IMG/VR virus record: IMGVR_UViG_3300030333_007356
Location: 1 to 27,976 of that record
Direction: 5' to 3' (one strand)
DNA: 27,976 bases
Source: a virus
Taxonomy: Duplodnaviria > Caudoviricetes
Below are positions 7,741 to 16,674 of the stretch, one piece after another. The notes below the pieces were generated by a model. It was given only the letters and a program-made list of their open reading frames with translations, was not told the DNA's origin and did not search any database. Both the position numbers and the translations under genes were made by a program. Within the stretch, counting starts at the first letter, position 1. Each line of letters begins with the position of its first letter.

Positions 7741-8718
7741 ATGGACCTTGATTTTTCAAAGCAAATTAAAGAACTTCTTGAGTCGAAGGCTGCTGGCAGA
7801 CCCGGACCAAAAAGCGGAGCGCAAACCCCAGCGGAGCCACATGAAAGAAAAAAAGGTTCTGACAAGAATAAAGAAGGTAGCGCGGCCAACGAAAAAAGTT
7901 ATTCAAAAATTACTTTTTCTGAAAAAGTAACCAACTCTTTAAAGGAAAAAGTTAGAAAACATAACGAAAAACACTCTAAAAAGGTCACCCTTGGGATGCT
8001 TAAAAAGGTTTATAGAAGAGGCGCTGGAGCCTTTTCTACTAGTCATAGGCCGGGTCAGACAAGAGGCTCTTGGGCTATGGCTAGGGTAAACATGTTTCTC
8101 AAAATGATGAGAGGAGGCAAGGTTAAAGAGTCTTACCGTAAAGCCGATCAAGATATCGCCAAAGCTTCCGATCAAGAAAACTCCTTAGCTAGTGTTGATT
8201 TTTGGGAATATGAGGACATTGAGTTAGATCTCGCTAGAATTGATTTAGTTAAGGCTGGTATAGACGTTTGGGATCAAGATCAAGAAGCTGAAGAGCTTGA
8301 ATATTCTGAGGCTCAAAAAAAAACTCTGAATAAGCCTTTTCGCTTACCTAAAGGCTCAAATAAAAAATTTGGCGTTTACGTTAAAAACCCAAAAACAGGG
8401 AACGTGATAATGGTCAAGTTTGGAGATCCCAAGATGGAGATCAAAAGAGACGACCCAGCTAGAAGAAGAAACTTTCGCGCTAGACATAAGTGCGATCAAG
8501 CTAAAGACAAAACAACCCCACGTTACTGGAGCTGTAAATTCTGGACTAAAAAGCCAGTTAGCAAAATGACTTCTAGCGAGGCTGTTGAGTGGGATGATGA
8601 GGAGATTATCTCTGAGTGGGGATGGGACGAGTCCTCTTTTGCTGAACAAGAAGAGATATTCTCAGAAAATCCAGACTTAAAAGAAGTCAAACATATTGTT
8701 GAAGAAGACGAGCTATAG
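7741..8718 (+). CDS. Hypothetical virus-type protein with two basic domains separated by acidic linkers
   Basis: Domain 1 LKKVYRRGAGAFSTSHRPG...WAMARVNMFL and domain 2 VKFGDPKMEIKRDDPARRRNFRARHKC...YWSCKFW. Both resemble, from memory, small uncharacterised domains of large DNA viruses. Confidence 0.75.
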   Translation: MDLDFSKQIKELLESKAAGRPGPKSGAQTPAEPHERKKGSDKNKEGSAANEKSYSKITFSEKVTNSLKEKVRKHNEKHSKKVTLGMLKKVYRRGAGAFSTSHRPGQTRGSWAMARVNMFLKMMRGGKVKESYRKADQDIAKASDQENSLASVDFWEYEDIELDLARIDLVKAGIDVWDQDQEAEELEYSEAQKKTLNKPFRLPKGSNKKFGVYVKNPKTGNVIMVKFGDPKMEIKRDDPARRRNFRARHKCDQAKDKTTPRYWSCKFWTKKPVSKMTSSEAVEWDDEEIISEWGWDESSFAEQEEIFSENPDLKEVKHIVEEDEL

Positions 8719-8726
8719 TATATAAT
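8699..8726 (+). promoter_or_regulatory. Possible sigma-70 promoter of the glycan cluster
   Basis: TTGAAG-N16-TATAAT, 11 nt before ATG8738. Confidence 0.4.
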
Positions 8727-8737
8727 CATGCGTTAGC

Positions 8738-9544
8738 ATGTCTAATACTATAGCAGTATACTCTCTGTGGCGCGACAGCGAGCCGCATATCGACAGAACC
8801 CTCAAACAATTTGAAGACCTAGAGTCTTTAGATTATGAGTTTGAGTATTATTTTTACGAAAACGACTCTGAGGACAACACGGCCAGTATTTTGATTGACT
8901 GGACATCTAGCAGAGAAGGAAATCTGCTAACAGAAAGAATTAATACTAAAAAATTCGGCAGAACAACGGACATGGAAAGAATGAAAACCATGTGCGATTT
9001 AAGAAACAGGTGTAGGAATTTGGTTTTAGGTTCCCAATCTAAATACACAGTCTTAATTGACTCAGATATTATTTTCAATAAAGAGAACCTATTAAAACAC
9101 ATAGAAACAATAGAGAGCTTGGATGATGCGGCAATGGTGACACCAAATATTAGGCAGAATATCCCAGATTTTGTTTATGGCCTAACAGAAGATTCTTATT
9201 ATGATGTTTACCCTCTTTTTGACAGGTTTGGCTCTCAAGGCTTATACTGGACCGATTGCCCATTACAAAACGGAATAGATAGAATGAATTGGTCTCTAGG
9301 AAAACCAATTAAATGTAACTCTGCTTTCGGTGGGTTTTCTTTAATTAAAACAGATATACTTAAAAAGGTAAAATGGTCAACAGATGGAGCATGTGACCAT
9401 GTAAACTTCTGCAAGGAAGTCAATGAGTTCGGATCTATTTATATAGACCCTCTGAACAAAGTGTTTGCAAATATTGATTTAAGCAAATATAACCTGAAAG
9501 ATTTTGAACATAGAGCAAAGATGCAATTAAATGGACAAGTCTAA
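8738..9544 (+). CDS. GT-A fold glycosyltransferase (CAP59/GT69- or GT2-like)
   Basis: YFYENDSEDNT, LRN, DxD motif LIDSDI, SAFGGF and CDHVNFC. Confidence 0.75.
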   Translation: MSNTIAVYSLWRDSEPHIDRTLKQFEDLESLDYEFEYYFYENDSEDNTASILIDWTSSREGNLLTERINTKKFGRTTDMERMKTMCDLRNRCRNLVLGSQSKYTVLIDSDIIFNKENLLKHIETIESLDDAAMVTPNIRQNIPDFVYGLTEDSYYDVYPLFDRFGSQGLYWTDCPLQNGIDRMNWSLGKPIKCNSAFGGFSLIKTDILKKVKWSTDGACDHVNFCKEVNEFGSIYIDPLNKVFANIDLSKYNLKDFEHRAKMQLNGQV

Positions 9545-10283
9545 TATTAGCGTAATAATCCAAGGGCCGATTGACGAAAGAACCTATGAGTCGATAGACA
9601 GCTATTCTGATCAAGGTTTTGGAGAGATCATAGTATCCACTTGGGAGGACGAGGATTTGTCTCTTTTAGACAAAACAGATAAAGAATATATTTTAACGAC
9701 TTCTGCTTATCCAAAACACTTAAAAAAAATCAACAATCAAGGCTCTAGATTTTTCCAAGCTTTTACCACTTGGAAGGGCTGTCTGTCTGCTAGCAAACAG
9801 TTTGTCCTTAGAACAAGGAGCGATGAACTTTATCCAGATCTTTCTAAGTTTGTAGAAAACTGGGCTAAATATCCAGAAAGAGTCCATACAACTAACAACA
9901 GCTTTTGGAAAAAACACAATCTTTGTTTCTCTTGTCACATGTTTGGCGGTTTAAAAGATGTTATAGAAAAGGGTTGTGCATTAGTGGTGTTACACTCTGA
10001 AAGAAAAATATATCCAAATTTAGAAATTGCTTACCCAGAGCAGTGTTTTGGTGTATTTTTTATGTTTGTTTTAGGACACAATGTTTTTGAATCAGACTGG
10101 AAAAAAATATTTTACGATAATATATTTATTACACCCTGTTCAGATTTGCCGGGTCATCTACATTCTGGACAGACTCTTACCTCGTTCAACTTTAAGAGAG
10201 TTCCTGATTATCCAAACAATAGAAAAGATTACAATGAGGATGTGAGTTCTTTTTATAGTGATATTGAGGAACTTATTTCTTGA
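9531..10283 (+). CDS. WavE-like lipopolysaccharide synthesis protein
   Basis: ISVIIQGPI, EIIVSTW, LRTRSD and YPEQ match WavE-family hallmarks. Confidence 0.7.
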   Translation: MDKSNISVIIQGPIDERTYESIDSYSDQGFGEIIVSTWEDEDLSLLDKTDKEYILTTSAYPKHLKKINNQGSRFFQAFTTWKGCLSASKQFVLRTRSDELYPDLSKFVENWAKYPERVHTTNNSFWKKHNLCFSCHMFGGLKDVIEKGCALVVLHSERKIYPNLEIAYPEQCFGVFFMFVLGHNVFESDWKKIFYDNIFITPCSDLPGHLHSGQTLTSFNFKRVPDYPNNRKDYNEDVSSFYSDIEELIS

Positions 10284-10307
10284 GATAAAATTATAAAATA
10301 CTAGTAT
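10280..10307 (+). promoter_or_regulatory. Putative sigma-70 promoter (leaderless) of neuB-1
   Basis: TTGAGA-N16-TAGTAT-N6-ATG10314. Confidence 0.45.
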
Positions 10308-10313
10308 CATACA

Positions 10314-11156
10314 ATGAAAAAGACCTTTGTCATAGCAGAAATTGGTATCAACCACAATGGTGATTTGAACACAGCTAAGAGGTTGATTGACATCTCTGCG
10401 GCGGCTGGTTGTGACGCTGTTAAGTTTCAAAAAAGAAACCCAGATGTTTGTGTTCCTGAAAAACAAAAATCAGTTATCAGACAAACCCCTTGGGGTGAGA
10501 TGACTTATTTAGATTATAAAAAGAAAATAGAGTTTGAGAAGGAAGAGTATGACCAGATAGACGCTCACTGTAAACAACATGGAATCTCTTGGAGTGCCTC
10601 GCCTTGGGATATAGACAGTTTAGATTTCTTGAAACAATACGACATACCTTTTATTAAAATCGCATCAGCATCTTTAACTAACCACTCTCTTTTAATAAAA
10701 GCATGTATGACCGGGAAAAAAGTAATCATCTCTACAGGTATGAGTTCCGAAAATGAGATTGATAGTGCTGTTCGTGTTTTGAAAGACAATCAACTAAAAG
10801 GACAGGACATAGCGATTCTTCATTGCAACTCTTCATACCCAGCACCGATTGAAGAGCTTAACCTTTCTTGCATTAAGACTTTAAAAGAAAAATACGGCTG
10901 CGAAGTTGGCTATAGCGGTCATGAGTTCAGACTTGGAACATCTGTGGCGGCTATTTACATGGGGGCGACAATTATAGAAAGACACGTTACTCTTGACAGA
11001 ACAATGTGGGGTTCGGACCATATGGCATCTGTAGAGCCTCAAGGTTTATTTAAACTAGTTAGAGGCATCAGAGAGCTAGAAAAGGCATACGGTGACGGTC
11101 ATATATCAGTCACAGAAACTGAGAAAAAAATCAGACAAAAATTAAGAAAGTCTTAA
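10314..11156 (+). CDS. neuB: N-acetylneuraminate/nonulosonate synthase family, short form without C-terminal SAF domain
   Basis: IAEIGINHNGD, DAVKFQ, IISTGMS, LHCNSSYP, GYSGHE and IERHVTLD. Confidence 0.93.
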   Translation: MKKTFVIAEIGINHNGDLNTAKRLIDISAAAGCDAVKFQKRNPDVCVPEKQKSVIRQTPWGEMTYLDYKKKIEFEKEEYDQIDAHCKQHGISWSASPWDIDSLDFLKQYDIPFIKIASASLTNHSLLIKACMTGKKVIISTGMSSENEIDSAVRVLKDNQLKGQDIAILHCNSSYPAPIEELNLSCIKTLKEKYGCEVGYSGHEFRLGTSVAAIYMGATIIERHVTLDRTMWGSDHMASVEPQGLFKLVRGIRELEKAYGDGHISVTETEKKIRQKLRKS

Positions 11157-11157
11157 A

Positions 11158-11958
11158 GTGGAACTATATAGACAAGACATTTACAGAGGAGGTTGGTTTT
11201 CTTTTAACGCCACAAAAGAAGACTGGTCTTCTCACTATGCGGAAAAAATGTGGGACGCTTTTTTTGGTTCCGTTTTGTTAGATGAGGTTTACGGACCCAG
11301 AGAAATAACAGAGGAGCTTTTAATAACTAGGAATATACAATATTCCTCGATGAAAGACAGATCCGTTTTAGTTATAGGCGGTGGTCCTTCTTGCGAACTC
11401 TTAACGGACGATATTATAAACTCGTATGATTTTGTTTTCAGCTGTAATCATTTTTTTAAAAACAGTATAGTTAAAAAACATAAAGTTCACTTAGCATTAA
11501 TAGGAGACGAGGTAGACTTAAGAGACCCAGAGTTTATCGAATATGTAAACAGGCATAATCCAATAATTGGATTTGAACACTCAGGAAGAAGGGACATACT
11601 TGAAACTTTATCTTTCAGGGAGAGCTATGAGTTAAACTTCTTATATTTAACTAGATATTTCTCTAGGCTTGGTTACGCGATTAGAGCATGTGTTCTAGCT
11701 AGGTTGATGGGGGCAAAAACTGTTGATTTTATTGGAGTCGATGGCTTTAAATCAAAAACAAAAATCCACGCATTTGAAGAGGATAAAAAAGCTCCTGTTT
11801 TTGATGACAAAGATAAGTTTAAAAGCCAGATGGAAATTTTTTATAAATACATGCTGGAAGACCTAAAGATAGAGAAAGAAAACTTTAACAATCTATCAGA
11901 CAACCACAAAGACAGTATTTACGGAGGTATTCTTGATAAGGTAAAAAATGAATTATGA
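11158..11958 (+). CDS. Putative nonulosonate/sialyltransferase (CstII/GT42- or Maf-like fold), paralog 1
   Basis: VLVIGGGPS, FSCNHFF and GAKTVDFIGVDGF parallel CstII-type IAGNGPS / RCNQFY / GYKEIYLSGIDF. GTG start. Confidence 0.6.
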   Translation: MELYRQDIYRGGWFSFNATKEDWSSHYAEKMWDAFFGSVLLDEVYGPREITEELLITRNIQYSSMKDRSVLVIGGGPSCELLTDDIINSYDFVFSCNHFFKNSIVKKHKVHLALIGDEVDLRDPEFIEYVNRHNPIIGFEHSGRRDILETLSFRESYELNFLYLTRYFSRLGYAIRACVLARLMGAKTVDFIGVDGFKSKTKIHAFEEDKKAPVFDDKDKFKSQMEIFYKYMLEDLKIEKENFNNLSDNHKDSIYGGILDKVKNEL

Positions 11959-12746
11959 AAACTGCTCTTTGTTATTCTGGTCAGATAGGAGCTTTCGATA
12001 AGGCTATCTCCTCTCAAAAAAAATCTTTTCTAAGTGATTGCGATGATATTTATGCTTACACATCAAATGTAATCAGCCACAAAACACATAAACACGTTTG
12101 GCACAAACCCTCCTCTAATGTTTATGAGTATTTAAAAGCTGGGGAGGGCTGGAGAAAAAACACGACAGATTATGGGGTTGTCTATAAAGTTGATAACAAT
12201 TTAGTAAAAGATCAACTTTCTCCAGTCAAAGACAAGTTAAAAGACTTCCATATCATGGACGAATGTCTTGACGATACCCTTGAAGACTGGAACATGAGCA
12301 AATGGGAGTGGCTTAGGAAAAGGCAACTAAACAAGCTTTATCGTTGCAACGAAATGCTCAAAGACTCTGACACAGAATATGATATTGTGGTTAGATGTAG
12401 GTTTGAGTTTTCCCCGCACCTTTTAATTCCAATAAAACACATTTATTCAAAACACGGCGGCGAGAATGTTGTGTTCCTGTTTGGCGGCTGGAAGTGTGTC
12501 CCGCCGATGGTGTTTATGGATGAGTTTATATGTGATGGGTTTGCTTTTGGTTCTCCTCGGGTTATGGATGTTTTTAGCTCTTTATACCTTAGAAGTGAGC
12601 CATACCCATATAACCCAAAATACAAAGAGTGTTGGGAAAAATTTGGAGACAATGTAGAATATCAGCTAAGAACACACTTAGAGGAAAACGGGATAGAGAT
12701 AATTTATTTAGGCAACGAAAGATCAATGTATCACCTTCACAGATAA
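11955..12746 (+). CDS. Putative glycosyltransferase-like protein of viral glycan loci
   Basis: MKTALCYSGQ, YDIVVRCRFE and DGFAFGS resemble the 'ALCxSGQxR...YDxVIRxRxD' family. ATGA overlap with the previous gene. Confidence 0.55.
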   Translation: MKTALCYSGQIGAFDKAISSQKKSFLSDCDDIYAYTSNVISHKTHKHVWHKPSSNVYEYLKAGEGWRKNTTDYGVVYKVDNNLVKDQLSPVKDKLKDFHIMDECLDDTLEDWNMSKWEWLRKRQLNKLYRCNEMLKDSDTEYDIVVRCRFEFSPHLLIPIKHIYSKHGGENVVFLFGGWKCVPPMVFMDEFICDGFAFGSPRVMDVFSSLYLRSEPYPYNPKYKECWEKFGDNVEYQLRTHLEENGIEIIYLGNERSMYHLHR

Positions 12747-13567
12747 TGAAAACATACAAAGAACATTACAAGGCTGCTAAGACTCACTATAAAGAGGCGG
12801 TTAAAGATGGTAAGTATAAAGATTTATATGACCTCAAACTAGATGGAGAAATTTTCGACGCAAACGAAAAATATTTTGATATCGTATCTAAAATATCTGA
12901 AAAGGTTCATGAAAAAATTAATAACAAAGATGGGGTTTTAGAAAAAAACCTAGCGACATATTTAGATGAATGGAGAGACATTAAGGAGATGTCTGATTTA
13001 TTAGATCACATTATGCCAGATATCGAAAGAAAAGTTTTCAAAACAAATGCACAAGTAGAATTCTTGCACCCTTATAGAAACAAGCCTTCCGACAAACCAG
13101 AGTCGTCTTGGCTATGGCATTACGACGATTGTCCCGATGAGTTTCTTAAAATGGTTATATACCTTAATGAAGTTAACGAAACAAATGGCGCTTTTCAATA
13201 TTTAGAAAACGAGGAAGGGGATTCTCCTATGGTCAAAAGCAATAGAACCTTCCCCGGTCATGACGGATCTCCTCAAGTGTTTCCTAAATCAAGGATTCCA
13301 GAGGAAGAGATCAACAAGAAAATATCCGAAGGATACAAGATTAAAAACCTTGTCGGTCCTATGGGGACTTACTGTTTAATGTCGCCTAACATATATCACA
13401 GAGCAACAATGCCAGAACCAAACTCTACACCAAGAGAGTGTCTATTCCTTTTTATCAGACCTTGCTTATCACCAAGGGTTCATGTTGATGGCTCTCGTTT
13501 TTATTTAAACAACGGAGTTTACTCATTGCTCCCAGAGAGAAACGTAAAATTATACCCATTTAACTAG
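12746..13567 (+). CDS. 2-oxoglutarate/Fe(II) dioxygenase (PhyH-like)
   Basis: HxD motif WHYD, VIYLNEV..NGAF, distal His in IYHRA and a downstream Arg (PRECL). Start re-assigned to ATG12746 (TAATG overlap). Confidence 0.8.
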   Translation: MKTYKEHYKAAKTHYKEAVKDGKYKDLYDLKLDGEIFDANEKYFDIVSKISEKVHEKINNKDGVLEKNLATYLDEWRDIKEMSDLLDHIMPDIERKVFKTNAQVEFLHPYRNKPSDKPESSWLWHYDDCPDEFLKMVIYLNEVNETNGAFQYLENEEGDSPMVKSNRTFPGHDGSPQVFPKSRIPEEEINKKISEGYKIKNLVGPMGTYCLMSPNIYHRATMPEPNSTPRECLFLFIRPCLSPRVHVDGSRFYLNNGVYSLLPERNVKLYPFN

Positions 13568-13568
13568 G

Positions 13569-14159
13569 TTGAGAAAAATATTTATAGATTGCGGGTCATA
13601 TGATGGCTGTAGTGTCAGAAAGTTTGATGATCTTTATGACAAGCAAAACGAATATGAGTTTCATTGTTTTGAGGGGAACCCAAATCTTTTTATATGGCAC
13701 CCTGTGAATGACAGGTGTGTTTTTAATAGAAATATTGTTTGCGGCTCTTCAGACCCTGTAGAGTTTTACATACATGACGTTTCAGGAGGAAGCACCATAA
13801 GCAAAGAAAAACACAAGGGATACATAGAAAAGTATAATACACCTTCTCACATACTTAAATACAATCCGGTTGTATTGTCATCCTATATAAAGGAAAACTT
13901 TTCTAAAGAAGACCACATTGTTTTAAAAGTTGATATAGAGGGAGCGGAGTTTGAGGTTTTAGAAAATCTAACTGAAGAAGGTTGTTTAGATTATATAAAC
14001 AAAATATTTATAGAATGGCACATTGACAACAGAACCGATCACGAAAACCCTGAAAAATTTATAGAGACATTTAATAACAAGTGTGCTGATCTAAAGATAA
14101 GTATAGATAGTAGCTGGGATGCCATGCACCAACCCTACATGAAACAAACTAGACTATGA
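13569..14159 (+). CDS. FkbM family SAM-dependent methyltransferase
   Basis: FIDCGSYDG, CFEGNP, LKVDIEGAEFEVL and IFIEWH. Confidence 0.88.
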   Translation: MRKIFIDCGSYDGCSVRKFDDLYDKQNEYEFHCFEGNPNLFIWHPVNDRCVFNRNIVCGSSDPVEFYIHDVSGGSTISKEKHKGYIEKYNTPSHILKYNPVVLSSYIKENFSKEDHIVLKVDIEGAEFEVLENLTEEGCLDYINKIFIEWHIDNRTDHENPEKFIETFNNKCADLKISIDSSWDAMHQPYMKQTRL

Positions 14160-14968
14160 ACTTAGACAAGCATACATGGGAGACCACTGACACACTTAAA
14201 GGTTGTTTTATATCCACAGCAGAAAGATTTCCAGAAAACAAAATAAGGTCTGATCTTTTTTTGTCTAAATATAAATTTTTAGGACACAAGCTAAAAAAAG
14301 GCACTGAATATATATATGGGGATATAAAGGGCTTAGATAAATTCAAAGACTCTAAAATACTTGTTGTAGCTGGGGGTCCGTCTACAATGGATTGTGACTG
14401 GGATCATTCTGAGTATGATTTTATATTTTCTTGCAATCATTTTTACAAATGCCCCAAATTAAAAAATGTGAAAGTAGATTTAACAATGCTTGTTGGTGGC
14501 GAGCTAGATATTTCTGACTCACAATTTTTAAAATATTGTAAAAATTATAAACCTTATTTCGCAGTTGAAGACTGGGGAGGCTCGATTGATAAGATTAAAC
14601 ACCTCGACAACCTAATAAACAATAGAGTCTTTGAGTGTGTTTGCAGATTCCAAGCGAAGTGTTGTGGTGTTGGCCCAAAGGTTGTTATTTTAGCTTTAGT
14701 CTTGGGTGCTAAACAAGTTGACTTTGTTGGAATAGATGGTATATCTAAAGAACACAACCCAGAAAAACCACTGTCTCATTCATTTGAAAAACCTAAAGTG
14801 TGGCATTCAGGCAAAATGAAAAACAGAATTTATTCTTACTCCAGACTATTGAGACACTACGAGACACTTGCCGAATATTTTAAACAAGTCTTTCCCGATA
14901 GAATTATAAACAACTTGGGAGCTGGCCATAAACACAACTGCTTATCAAAATATGAGCTTCTTAGTTAA
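14156..14968 (+). CDS. Putative nonulosonate/sialyltransferase (CstII/GT42- or Maf-like fold), paralog 2
   Basis: ILVVAGGPS, FSCNHFY, GAKQVDFVGIDG and HSFE. Clear paralog of 11158..11958. Confidence 0.6.
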   Translation: MNLDKHTWETTDTLKGCFISTAERFPENKIRSDLFLSKYKFLGHKLKKGTEYIYGDIKGLDKFKDSKILVVAGGPSTMDCDWDHSEYDFIFSCNHFYKCPKLKNVKVDLTMLVGGELDISDSQFLKYCKNYKPYFAVEDWGGSIDKIKHLDNLINNRVFECVCRFQAKCCGVGPKVVILALVLGAKQVDFVGIDGISKEHNPEKPLSHSFEKPKVWHSGKMKNRIYSYSRLLRHYETLAEYFKQVFPDRIINNLGAGHKHNCLSKYELLS

Positions 14969-15932
14969 TAAAAAATTTTTTATAACTGGCGGAACCGGGT
15001 CTTTGGGACAGGCTCTTGTTAGGAAACTTATAAAATACAAGGCGACTCCGATTGTCTACAGTAGAGACGAGGGCAAACAGGCTTTAAATTTTATCGGAGA
15101 TCCTCCTTTTGTTAAAATTATCGGAGATGTCAGAGATTTCGGGAAACTTAACACTTCCTTAAAAATACATAAACCCGACTACATTATACACGCTGCTGCT
15201 TTGAAAAGAATTGATGACATGGAGTTTCATCCAGACGAGTGTATCAAAACAAACATAAATGGTTCTGATAATGTTGCCAGAGCAGCGATAGAAAACAATA
15301 TAAAAAAATGCATACTTGTATCAACAGATAAAGCCTGTAAGCCAATTAATGTCTATGGTTCTTCCAAGTTTATAGCTGAGAGAATTTTTACTAATTACGA
15401 TTTCAACTCTAGCCACACCGTGTTTTCCTCTGTGAGATATGGTAATGTTATAGCCTCAAGAGGCTCTTTTATTCCATTGTTTATGGATCACATAAAAAAA
15501 GACAAAATACTAAATCTGACTTCTGATAAGATGACCAGATTTCTTTTTACTTTGGACGATGCTGTTAATGCTGTTCTTGGTGCATTGGAAAATAGTATAG
15601 GTGGTGAAGTTTTTGTTCCTCAAATAAACTCTTATACACTTCCTACTTGTGTAGAGGCTTTAGAAAAACTCTTAGACAAAAAATGTAAAACATCCATAGT
15701 TGGTTTAAGGCCGGGTGAAAAATTACATGAGGACATGCTTTGTGAAACAGAATTGCCCTTTACTTACAAAGTTGACAACATGAATCTTTTACAAATAAGA
15801 CCTCAATATTCTAATAAGACCTACCAAAGCTTTCCTAAATATAATGGTGAGCATTTTAACTCTGAGCTTTGGGTTAAAAAAGACGTAGACGGCCTATTAT
15901 CTTTGATAAGGAAAGGAATAAAAGATGCATAA
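14952..15932 (+). CDS. pseB: UDP-GlcNAc 4,6-dehydratase (PseB/FlaA1/FnlA family SDR)
   Basis: TGGTGSLG, YSRDEGKQ, HAAALK, STDKACKPINVYGSSK, VRYGNVIASRGS and GLRPGEKLHE. Confidence 0.85.
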   Translation: MSFLVNKKFFITGGTGSLGQALVRKLIKYKATPIVYSRDEGKQALNFIGDPPFVKIIGDVRDFGKLNTSLKIHKPDYIIHAAALKRIDDMEFHPDECIKTNINGSDNVARAAIENNIKKCILVSTDKACKPINVYGSSKFIAERIFTNYDFNSSHTVFSSVRYGNVIASRGSFIPLFMDHIKKDKILNLTSDKMTRFLFTLDDAVNAVLGALENSIGGEVFVPQINSYTLPTCVEALEKLLDKKCKTSIVGLRPGEKLHEDMLCETELPFTYKVDNMNLLQIRPQYSNKTYQSFPKYNGEHFNSELWVKKDVDGLLSLIRKGIKDA

Positions 15933-16674
15933 AGATACATTAATAACAGGAGCCAATGGAATGCTAGGCTCAGTGTTGTCCAAAAAATTTAAAAACGCAA
16001 CACTGCTGAAGGGGAGAAAAGACATTGATTTAACAAACACGGAAGATATATCTAGCTTTTTCAAAAACAAAAGATTTAAACAAATAATTCATTGTGCGGC
16101 GTTCACAAACCTTAATTACTGTGAAGAGAACCCTATAGATTCTTTTTTTCTACACTCTGGAATTATTCCGCTTTTAAGATCTAAGTGTGATAAGCTTGTA
16201 TATATTTCAACCAACCCATCTCTTTCTGAAAAAGTCTATTATAAATCAAAAAGAAAGGGTGAGTTTCTAACAACAAACAGAAAAGGCGACCTAGTTGTAA
16301 GGGTTAATATTTATGGAAACGGAGGGCTGTGTAAGTGGGCATTGAACGCCCTAAAAAAGAAAGAAATGATTCATGGATATTACAATGTATATTTTAACCC
16401 TGTTAGTGTTTATCAATTATCTAAATTTTTATCAAAAAAAAGCCACAAGTATGAAGGGGTGGTAAATGTTGGGGCTGATAAAAAAATTAGCAAGTTTAAC
16501 TTTCTTAAAACATTAGCACAAAAATCTGGACTAGATGAAAGGTTAATAACGCCTTTTGAAGTTATCGGAGACAGAAGCGACTTGGACTTAACTGTTCCTT
16601 TAAAAAATAAATACATTAAATGTAGTCTCAAGAGAGGCATTAATCATTATGTCAAAAACATACTTCATAGCTGA
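15925..16674 (+). CDS. RmlD-like NDP-4-keto-6-deoxyhexose reductase (SDR)
   Basis: ITGANGMLG, IHCAAFTNLNYCE, VYIST and YxxxK (YYKSK). Confidence 0.78.
   Translation: MHKDTLITGANGMLGSVLSKKFKNATLLKGRKDIDLTNTEDISSFFKNKRFKQIIHCAAFTNLNYCEENPIDSFFLHSGIIPLLRSKCDKLVYISTNPSLSEKVYYKSKRKGEFLTTNRKGDLVVRVNIYGNGGLCKWALNALKKKEMIHGYYNVYFNPVSVYQLSKFLSKKSHKYEGVVNVGADKKISKFNFLKTLAQKSGLDERLITPFEVIGDRSDLDLTVPLKNKYIKCSLKRGINHYVKNILHS

Noticed and set aside
12629-12745. N-terminal extension of the dioxygenase given in the ORF track
   Set aside because: It overlaps the upstream gene by over 100 nt; the TAATG-coupled ATG at 12746 is far more plausible.
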